Below, piece after piece: positions 56,539-64,000 of a stretch of DNA of 64,000 bases (positions are counted from its first letter, which is position 1; each line of letters opens with the position of its first letter). The position numbers and the translations under genes were made by a program. The notes under the pieces were generated by a model. It was not told the DNA's origin, ran no database searches, and saw nothing but the letters and a program-made list of their open reading frames with translations. The stretch comes from Prevotella sp. (GTDB taxonomy: Bacteria > Bacteroidota > Bacteroidia > Bacteroidales > Dysgonomonadaceae): positions 64,001 through 128,000 of the forward strand of contig JAITVV010000084.1 of NCBI GenBank assembly GCA_031285625.1, given 5' to 3'.

Positions 56539-56567
56539 ATATCAATATTTTTTAAAATATAATATTT

Positions 56568-56771
56568 ATGAAAGATTTATTTTGTGAAGATGGAAGTTGT
56601 GATATTTCCAAAGGTAAATTATGTATTCGTAGAGTTATAGGGGCATTAGGATTTATAGCTTTTATTGGATGTATTTATTTGGGAATTTATCATCCATCAG
56701 TTGATTTATTGGCAATGTTAAGCGCATCATTAATTGGTTTAACAACGGTTGATAAATTTATTAAAAAATAA
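56568..56771 (+). CDS. Small 2-TM protein, holin-like
   Basis: 67 aa, two hydrophobic helices, basic C-terminus; preceded by AAATATCAATA at 56537-47. Confidence 0.55.
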   Translation: MKDLFCEDGSCDISKGKLCIRRVIGALGFIAFIGCIYLGIYHPSVDLLAMLSASLIGLTTVDKFIKK

Positions 56772-56791
56772 TATATTAAAATGAAATGAAT

Positions 56792-56846
56792 GGGAACACA
56801 ATAAAGTGTTCCCCTTTTTTTTATGTATATGTGGGAAATATCAATA
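56792..56846 (+). promoter_or_regulatory. Element repeat unit 5
   Basis: GGGAACAC-aataaa-GTGTTCCC, T run, TATGTATAT at 56822-30, AAATATCAATA at 56836-46. Confidence 0.8.
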
Positions 56847-56865
56847 TTTCAAATTACTATTTGAA

Positions 56866-59800
56866 ATGAGTGATAAAAAAACTTTCTCAATAACCATTGA
56901 TGGTTTGGAAAAAGCATATAATGATGTACTTAAATTAAGTGATGCACTGAAAGCAATTAACAGTGTTAATGCTTCTGTTGCTACAACTAATAATGAAGTA
57001 ACATCATCAATTACATCTAAAAGTAAAGCTACTGATGAATTATCAAAGGCACAGGAAAAATTAAATGCTTATGATGCTGAATATCAAAGACAATTAGCTG
57101 AAACAAAAGCTGAATTATCAGCAAATAATAAAGAAATTCAAAATAATATTAAAGTAACACAAGCATTAGCAACAGTTGAAGCAGGTGTTACAGATACTTA
57201 TGCTGATAAACAAAGGTTATTAACTGCATTGGGGACTACGATTAAAAATATGTCCACCACAACTGATGCTGAGATAGCTCAACAGAATGAATTAATTGCA
57301 CAATATAAGGCATTAAATGATGAATTAACAGCTACTGATGAACGTATGGGTAATAACCAACGCAAAGTAGGTGCTTACGAAAATGCAACCAAATCATTGA
57401 AAGGTCAGTTAAGGGAAATGACAGAGGAATTGGCAACAATGATTGCTAATGGTGTTCAACCAACTGATGCTGCCTATCTTGATTTAGCGACACGAGCAGG
57501 GGAATTACGTGATGCAATGGGTGATGCACAAGGTGCTATTACTAAATTTGGTTCTGATACAAGGGGATTAGATAATATTATATCAGTCGGACAAGGTATT
57601 ACATCCATATTTGGTACTGCACAGGGTGTAATGTCAATGTTTGGTCAATCGGGTGAACAGGTTGCTCAATCTATGGAGAAGATGATGGGTGTAATGACTA
57701 CCTTACAATCACTCCAAGAATTGCAAAATCAATTAACTACACAAGGTACTGTGTTCAATAAATTATATACTACTGTATTACAAGCGATGGGATTAGCTAA
57801 AAAAGCTGATATAGCTAATACAGTATCACAGGCAGCAGCAACAACAGGTGCAAGTGTAGCAACAGGTGTTGCCACAACAGCAATGAAAGCATTTAGGATT
57901 GCATTAGTTAGTACAGGTATTGGTGCTTTAATTGTTGGTTTAGGTCTATTAATATCCAATTTTGATAGTGTTAAAAAATGGGTGGTTGATTTAGTTCCTG
58001 CATTAGGCAATATGGGTGAGGCTTTTGATGAAGTTAAATCTGTTGTGATGGGTATTGGTCAGGCATTATTGGAATTTGTTATTGCTCCATTTAAGACTTT
58101 GATAGCTGTTGTACAGGGATTTATGGAAAATGGTATTGATGGCGCATTAGCAGCAGGTGAAGCACAGGTTAAAAGTTCACTTGATGTGGTTGGTAATTAT
58201 GAAAAAGGTTATCACGACCAAAGTGTTAGGAATGCAGAAGCAGCAGCCAAAGCAAAAGCAGAAGCATCAGCAACTGAATTAGACAATTTAATAAAAGATA
58301 ATGAAGCTAAATTGGGTTCAGATTGGAAATATTCAACTGAAGGTAGAAAAGCATATGCTAATTTCTTTGATGCTAAAAAAGCAATGTATGGTGATGATAA
58401 AGAAAAGTATGCTGAGGCTCAAAGAGAGGCTTGGAAATTTATGGCTGAGACTACCAAACACGATGCAGACGAAAGAAAAAAACGTTCTGATGCAGGTAAA
58501 CAGGCAGCACAAGAAGCTAAACAAAGATTGGATGATTATAAAAAATCATTGGAAGCATTCACCAAACAAACGAATACATTAGAGATTAATAATGAAAAAA
58601 CAAGAATTACCAATGCAAAAGATGCTGCTGAAAAAATGGTTGCTACAACCAAAGATGAGTTAACCAAACGAAATAATGCTATAACAGAAGCCTATGGTAA
58701 ACAACAGATTCTACAACAAAAATTAAATTTAGATGAAATTGCAGCAGTTGATAAACAATATAATGAATTGATTGAAAAAGCTAAAAAAGCTAAAAAAACT
58801 AAACAAGATATAAGTAAAATTGAAGAAGAAAGACAAAATCTATTATCTGAATTAAGAACAAAATTCACATTAGAAGAAATTAATTTAAATAAAGAAAAAA
58901 ACGAAAAAATTAAATCTTCCAATAAAGATTTTGATGATGATGAAAAAGAGAGGGCTGAAAATGCTAAAAAGTTAGCACAAGATAAGGTTAATTTTGAGAT
59001 GGAATTGATTGATAAACAATTTAAAACCATTAATGAATTAAAAGAAAACTTTACTGCAAGGGGTGGAGCATTAGATTTAATTGATGTTGACCAAACAAAA
59101 GCAAATCTTGCTGTCATTCGTGATGAATTGGATAAACAAAAAACCTCATTAGTAAAATATAAAGATGAATTAGAGAAAAATACTACACTTGACCCCAAGG
59201 CAAAAGAAAAAGCATTGGATGATATTAATGCTAAAATTAAAGTTAATGCAAAAGATATTGCTGATAATACCCAACAACAAACCCAAGTTATGACTAACTA
59301 TTGGGCTGATTTTTCGGATAAAGTTGGTGGTTATATATCTGTTGTTAGTGATTCTTTAAATTCAATATTTGAAACAGTTGGTTCTTTCTTTGATATGAAG
59401 TTAGAAGAAGCACAAGAAAAATTAGATGAAATATCTGAAAAATATGATGAAACTGTTGAATTACAAGAAGAAAGCAATGAAAGGTTATTAGCATTACAAG
59501 AAGAAGCTAAAAATGTATCAGGTGGTAGGGCATTAGTTGTACAGGATGAAATTTCTCGTGAAATGGCATTAAATAAAGAACTTGCCAACCAAGAAAAACA
59601 ATTAGCAAAAGAAAAAGAAGCCCGTGAAAAAGAAGTTGCCAAAATTCAAAAACAACAAAAGAAAGCTGAATTGATGGGAAATATTGTTAGCGGTTTATCA
59701 GGTGGTGCATTAGCTGTAATTAATGCATTACAGGTACAACCATTCCCATTAGGGTTAGCATTAGCTGCTGTTGCAGGCGCAATGAGTGCTGTACAGGTTG

Positions 59801-60243
59801 GTATAATGTCAGCTCAATTAGGTAAGTTAGAAAAGGGTGGATTATTACAAGGTAAACGACATTCAGAAGGTGGTATTCCTGTTGGTAATACAGGTATTGA
59901 AGTTGAAGGTGGTGAATATGTTACCAATCGCAATACAACATCAAAGAATTTGGGTCTATTAACCTACATAAATAGTCAGGATAGGGAATTAGGTATTAAT
60001 GATTTTGTTAGTTATTATGATGATAGTACAGGTAAAATAATGCCTAATCCAAGATTTAGAAAAATGTTTGCTGATGGTGGACAAATGGATATATCAAATA
60101 TATCAAATTCATCAGGTACAAACAATGATGCAATCTTAAATGCATTATCAGGTATTAATTTTTCACCTGTTGTTAGTGTGGTTGATATAATTGATTCTAC
60201 TGCACAAGTAACAAGTGTAAGAGATTCAGCAGGATTTTCATAA
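56866..60243 (+). CDS. Tape-measure-like protein
   Basis: Long Ala/Lys/Glu helical protein, ALVSTGIGALIVGLG segment, C-terminal KGGLL.G.RH..GG...EVEGGE; start moved to ATG 56866 (MSDKK), downstream of the repeat unit. Confidence 0.8.
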   Translation: MSDKKTFSITIDGLEKAYNDVLKLSDALKAINSVNASVATTNNEVTSSITSKSKATDELSKAQEKLNAYDAEYQRQLAETKAELSANNKEIQNNIKVTQALATVEAGVTDTYADKQRLLTALGTTIKNMSTTTDAEIAQQNELIAQYKALNDELTATDERMGNNQRKVGAYENATKSLKGQLREMTEELATMIANGVQPTDAAYLDLATRAGELRDAMGDAQGAITKFGSDTRGLDNIISVGQGITSIFGTAQGVMSMFGQSGEQVAQSMEKMMGVMTTLQSLQELQNQLTTQGTVFNKLYTTVLQAMGLAKKADIANTVSQAAATTGASVATGVATTAMKAFRIALVSTGIGALIVGLGLLISNFDSVKKWVVDLVPALGNMGEAFDEVKSVVMGIGQALLEFVIAPFKTLIAVVQGFMENGIDGALAAGEAQVKSSLDVVGNYEKGYHDQSVRNAEAAAKAKAEASATELDNLIKDNEAKLGSDWKYSTEGRKAYANFFDAKKAMYGDDKEKYAEAQREAWKFMAETTKHDADERKKRSDAGKQAAQEAKQRLDDYKKSLEAFTKQTNTLEINNEKTRITNAKDAAEKMVATTKDELTKRNNAITEAYGKQQILQQKLNLDEIAAVDKQYNELIEKAKKAKKTKQDISKIEEERQNLLSELRTKFTLEEINLNKEKNEKIKSSNKDFDDDEKERAENAKKLAQDKVNFEMELIDKQFKTINELKENFTARGGALDLIDVDQTKANLAVIRDELDKQKTSLVKYKDELEKNTTLDPKAKEKALDDINAKIKVNAKDIADNTQQQTQVMTNYWADFSDKVGGYISVVSDSLNSIFETVGSFFDMKLEEAQEKLDEISEKYDETVELQEESNERLLALQEEAKNVSGGRALVVQDEISREMALNKELANQEKQLAKEKEAREKEVAKIQKQQKKAELMGNIVSGLSGGALAVINALQVQPFPLGLALAAVAGAMSAVQVGIMSAQLGKLEKGGLLQGKRHSEGGIPVGNTGIEVEGGEYVTNRNTTSKNLGLLTYINSQDRELGINDFVSYYDDSTGKIMPNPRFRKMFADGGQMDISNISNSSGTNNDAILNALSGINFSPVVSVVDIIDSTAQVTSVRDSAGFS

Positions 60244-60284
60244 TTACCTATAATAATTAAAATATCAATATAGTAAAAATTAAT

Positions 60285-61478
60285 ATGATAATTACGACAA
60301 CAGATAGTTCAGTTAAAATTGAAGACAATAGTGGTATAGTTTGGACAGGTGGATTAAATACATTTGTATTAACTTATTCAGCACCTGAGGATAGTGTAAC
60401 ATTATTTGATGACACAAGATTAATAGCAACAGGTAAATTAACTGATTCAACCATAAATGGTACTCAGTTAACAGGTGATAATATTGATAGCGCATTACAG
60501 GATATATTTAGTACAGCAGGTAGTAATAGTGGTACAGGTGGTGTTAGTTCAGTTAATGGTTATACAGGTAATGTAGCTTTAACTGCTGCTGATGTAAATG
60601 CTTATACACAAGACCAAGTAGATACTATGTTAGGTCAGTTAAATACAGCAGAATTTGCAGGTCCATATGCAACAATAGATGTTATACCAACACCATATGA
60701 TACAAATGACTTATATTTAGTTGGTGATGCAGTTCCATATGCTATCTATGCGAATGTTGCAGGTGTCTTAACACAAATAGGTAGTTCATCTGTTGATTTA
60801 TCTGATTATTATACTAAAGATGAAATTGATTCAATTGGTGAAGCTGACCCAATTTTTAATGCTTGGAAAAATGGTACATCAGTTGTGATTGGTAGTTCTT
60901 CGACAGGTACAGGTATAGCCATTGGTAATATTGCACAAGGGGCAGGTATTGCAATTGGTAAAAATTCAGTAAGTTCAGCAAATAATAGTATATCACTTGG
61001 TAATAATGCAAGGTCATTAGGTACAGGTATAGCCATTGGTTATTTGGCAGCAGCTAATATTAATTATGGTGTTGCTATTGGAGCATCTTCTTCAACAATT
61101 GCAACTAATGGTGTTGCTATTGCATATAATGCCTACAATGCAGGTAATAATGGTGTTGCTATTGGCTACAATGCAAGTACATTAGGTCAAAATTCGGTTG
61201 CATTGGGAACACAATCACAGGCAAAAAACCCTAATGAGATAGGTATTGGAGCAAATAATAAAATTGTATCAGGTTCAACTGCTGAACAAAATACACAATT
61301 TACTGTTGCATCATATTCTGCTGATACTTCAACTAAAAGAAATGCCCTAGAAATTCGTCAAAATGATGATATATGGATTTTTATGAATAATAATCAAGTA
61401 ATGATTCAAGATTATTTTAATCAAATAGAGGATTTAAAAGTACAAATAGAGGATTTAAGAGCACAAATAGGTGGGTAA
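60285..61478 (+). CDS. Tail fibre-like protein with YadA/Hep-Hag head repeats
   Basis: VSSVNGYTGNV.LTAADV, DLSDYYTK, many (G/S)(I/V)AIG repeats, C-terminal coiled coil; AAATATCAATA at 60260-70. Confidence 0.7.
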   Translation: MIITTTDSSVKIEDNSGIVWTGGLNTFVLTYSAPEDSVTLFDDTRLIATGKLTDSTINGTQLTGDNIDSALQDIFSTAGSNSGTGGVSSVNGYTGNVALTAADVNAYTQDQVDTMLGQLNTAEFAGPYATIDVIPTPYDTNDLYLVGDAVPYAIYANVAGVLTQIGSSSVDLSDYYTKDEIDSIGEADPIFNAWKNGTSVVIGSSSTGTGIAIGNIAQGAGIAIGKNSVSSANNSISLGNNARSLGTGIAIGYLAAANINYGVAIGASSSTIATNGVAIAYNAYNAGNNGVAIGYNASTLGQNSVALGTQSQAKNPNEIGIGANNKIVSGSTAEQNTQFTVASYSADTSTKRNALEIRQNDDIWIFMNNNQVMIQDYFNQIEDLKVQIEDLRAQIGG

Positions 61479-61507
61479 TATAATTTTAAAATATTATAAA
61501 TGAAATG

Positions 61508-61553
61508 AAAGGTGGACATGTCCACCTTTTTCTTTTTATATGAAATATCAATA
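61508..61553 (+). promoter_or_regulatory. Element repeat unit 7
   Basis: AAAGGTGGAC-at-GTCCACCTTT, T run, AAATATCAATA at 61543-53. Confidence 0.75.
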
Positions 61554-61571
61554 AAGTAAAAAATAATTGAT

Positions 61572-63230
61572 ATGACCATAAATGAATTAAAATATCTAAT
61601 TACAACTAAAATATATACAAATGGTATTGAAGATATAACAGCAGAAGATTTACAACAAGTGTTATTGGTTATGGCAGATAGTGCATTTACTGATGTTATT
61701 GACAGATTAGATGTAACACGTGTTGATGCAGCATTATCAGCTAATCAAGGTAAGATATTGAATGATAAAATTACTTCAATATTAAATGATACATCTGATA
61801 TTCATCTTACCATTAATAGTATTCTATCAGAATTGCTTACATTATCAGATAATATTGCAACTGAGGTTAATGATAGAAAAACTGCTGACACAGCCATATT
61901 AGTTAGTTTAGATAATGAAATTACCAACCGCACAAATGGTGATATATCAATTAATACAGCCCTAACAAAAGAAATTCAAGATAGAAAAGATGCAGATACT
62001 GCCATTAATACAACTATTACAAGCAATGTTAATACTATTAATGGTAAAATTAATACTTTAACCAATAATTTAACTGCTGAGGCTGCTATTCGTGAACAAG
62101 CTGATACAGCATTAGGTGTAAGAATTGATAATGAAACTACCAATAGAATAAATTATGACCAAAGATTGGATGATAAAATATCAACTGAGGCTACTGACAG
62201 GAAAAATGGTGATATTCAGATTCAATTAACATTAAATAATGAAATTGAAGAAAGAAAATCAGATGTAAACGCTTTAAATACAAGGGTTACAATTGAAGTT
62301 CAAGATAGAACCAATGCAGATAAATTACTTAATCAACGAATTGATAATCTTCCTGTAATTGATTTAACACCATATTATACAAAGGATGAGGTTGATGATT
62401 TAATTGATAATATTGAAGCAGGTGAAGTAGATTTATCTGATTATTATACTAAAGAACAAGTAGATGAAGCCATTGATGAAGCAGTTACAGGTGGTACAGT
62501 CGATTTATCTAATTATTATACAAAAACTGATGCTGATGCCTTATTAAATAATAAAGCTGATAAATCAACAACTTATAACAAGACAGAAGTAGATAGTAAA
62601 TTTACACCATATTATACATCAGCACAAGTTGATAGTAAAATTGCTGCTATTCCTACTGTTGATTTAACTAATTATTATGATAAGGATGAAATTGATGACC
62701 TATTAGATAATTTATCAGCAGGTGATGTTGATTTAACAAACTATTATACTAAGTTACAAGCAGATAGTTTATTATCAAATAAAGCTAATGTAGGTGATTC
62801 ATATACCAAGACAGAAGTTGATGGTAAAATTGCTGCTATTCCTGCTACTGATTTATCAAATTATTATACCAAGACAGAAGTAGATAGTTTAATACCTGAT
62901 TTATCTAATTATTATACCAATGATGAAATTGATAATTTGCTATTAAATAAGGCTTCTGCTATTGATGTAGCAGGTAAACAAGATAGATTAACAGCAGGTA
63001 CTAACATTACAATAGCAGGTAATGTAATATCAGCAAAAGATACTGTATATGATGATACTGCACTACAATTAATGGTATCACAAAAGCAGAATCAATTAGT
63101 TGTTAGTGATGGTTTAAATTTGGATAGTACCAGATTAACTTTGGATATCCAACACGTGATATTAACACAGGCAGAATTTGATGCATTAACCACTAAATCA
63201 ACCACAACAATATATTATATAAAAGGATAA
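61572..63230 (+). CDS. Upper tail fibre-like protein
   Basis: ALSANQGKIL, about 8 E..(D/N)R..(A/G)D repeats, about 10 DL(S/T).YYTK-type repeats, C-terminal LTQAEFDALTTK...IYYI adaptor motif. Confidence 0.75.
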   Translation: MTINELKYLITTKIYTNGIEDITAEDLQQVLLVMADSAFTDVIDRLDVTRVDAALSANQGKILNDKITSILNDTSDIHLTINSILSELLTLSDNIATEVNDRKTADTAILVSLDNEITNRTNGDISINTALTKEIQDRKDADTAINTTITSNVNTINGKINTLTNNLTAEAAIREQADTALGVRIDNETTNRINYDQRLDDKISTEATDRKNGDIQIQLTLNNEIEERKSDVNALNTRVTIEVQDRTNADKLLNQRIDNLPVIDLTPYYTKDEVDDLIDNIEAGEVDLSDYYTKEQVDEAIDEAVTGGTVDLSNYYTKTDADALLNNKADKSTTYNKTEVDSKFTPYYTSAQVDSKIAAIPTVDLTNYYDKDEIDDLLDNLSAGDVDLTNYYTKLQADSLLSNKANVGDSYTKTEVDGKIAAIPATDLSNYYTKTEVDSLIPDLSNYYTNDEIDNLLLNKASAIDVAGKQDRLTAGTNITIAGNVISAKDTVYDDTALQLMVSQKQNQLVVSDGLNLDSTRLTLDIQHVILTQAEFDALTTKSTTTIYYIKG

Positions 63231-63231
63231 T

Positions 63232-64000
63232 ATGGGAATATACAGCACAAATGATATAAGTTCAATATATATTGGTGGTACTAATATAATAAAGGTATTT
63301 GCAGGGGATATACAAGTTTTTCCTGCTGCTGTAATACCACCTGTAACAGATGAAATTGTTAAAGTAGGCTTTTCAGATGAAATTGGTTCATCTGAAATGG
63401 TATATGTAACCCCATCAGGACAGTATATAATGGGCTTAAATAACTATGAATCCCCAAATACTTATTATACAACAAAAGTATATTCAATAAATAATTCATT
63501 ATCAACATCAAAAGCATTAACTTCTACTGCTAAACCTTATGCAGGTTCAGTTATTGGTAGTGATTTATATATTTATACCAATAACTCAAGTAATGTTGAT
63601 TTTATCTATAAGTATAATGATGCAACTTCATCCTTTACCAAGATAAATTCAAGTACAACTAAGGTTATAAATAATATATTTGATATTGATGGTGTAATAT
63701 ATGCTGTTGGTAATAGGTATGTATTTACCATTTCAAATAATAATTTAGTTGTATTAGCTGATACTACTACTTCCATTAATTTTTATTACGGGGTTAAAAT
63801 AGGTAGTGATATTATATTTAATGCGCAAACAGGTATGTATAAATATAATGGTTCAACCACAACTAAAATATTGAATTTTGGGAGTGTATATAAGCCATAT
63901 TTCGCTAATAATAAATATTATTATCCTTATGGTTCAGGTAGTATTAGCGCATTTTATGTTATTGATGAAAATTTGATTGATAGTATTAAGTCCTTTACAG
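63232..64000 (+). CDS. Putative receptor-binding protein (partial; not in ORF track)
   Basis: Open from ATG 63232 to the window end: MGIYSTNDISSIYIGGTNIIKVFAGDIQVFP..., then propeller-like repeats (GSDLYIY, DGVIYAVG, MYKYNG). Confidence 0.7.
   Translation, partial: MGIYSTNDISSIYIGGTNIIKVFAGDIQVFPAAVIPPVTDEIVKVGFSDEIGSSEMVYVTPSGQYIMGLNNYESPNTYYTTKVYSINNSLSTSKALTSTAKPYAGSVIGSDLYIYTNNSSNVDFIYKYNDATSSFTKINSSTTKVINNIFDIDGVIYAVGNRYVFTISNNNLVVLADTTTSINFYYGVKIGSDIIFNAQTGMYKYNGSTTTKILNFGSVYKPYFANNKYYYPYGSGSISAFYVIDENLIDSIKSFT

Larger units (their letters stand above)
47843..64000 (+). mobile_element. Prophage-like element integrated in dprA (right end outside window)
   Basis: Abrupt drop in GC content, large serine recombinase at the boundary, co-oriented phage tail-type genes. 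Confidence 0.9.

Noticed and set aside
56806-56865. ORF-track GTG start of the tape-measure-like gene
   Set aside because: It lies inside the hairpin/motif unit; ATG 56866 fits the 14-20 nt spacing of the other units.
49748-61553. Repeat units as a CRISPR array or integron attC sites
   Set aside because: They are separated by whole genes, stems vary in sequence, there are no cas genes or tyrosine integron integrase, and no RYYYAAC/GTTRRRY ends.
60285-64000. Diversity-generating retroelement or invertible shufflon at the fibre genes
   Set aside because: No reverse transcriptase, no adenine-specific template/variable repeat pair, and no inverted cassettes within the window.
47905-64000. Stop-codon reassignment as in some Bacteroidota phages
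   Set aside because: Genes are long and densely packed under the standard code.

Overview
Bacteroidota chromosome, Dysgonomonas/Bacteroidales-like from gene content and TAnnTTTG promoters. Bases 1-47.8 kb are mostly housekeeping: the start of a SusR-SusC polysaccharide-utilisation locus, the F1Fo ATP synthase operon (atpD-C-x-B-E-F-H-A-G), a P-type ATPase, pyrBI with an apparent leader-peptide attenuator, galM, a GH43, tRNA-Ser(GGA), gdhA, cysE, purL, ugd and others. At about 47,843 dprA is cut off mid-gene by a much more AT-rich prophage-like element that runs off the window end. It begins with a large serine recombinase followed directly by a virion tail-type module. Its notable features are: (i) a repeated hairpin + TATGTATAT-N5-AAATATCAATA unit, whose 11-mer core precedes seven structural genes; (ii) a T9 slippery site giving two long open C-terminal frames in the first structural gene; (iii) no GATC found by eye over about 16 kb; (iv) a likely frameshift lesion at the 3' end of the hub-like gene; (v) tandem repeat-rich fibre genes. 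All calls come from reading the sequence; no searches were run.
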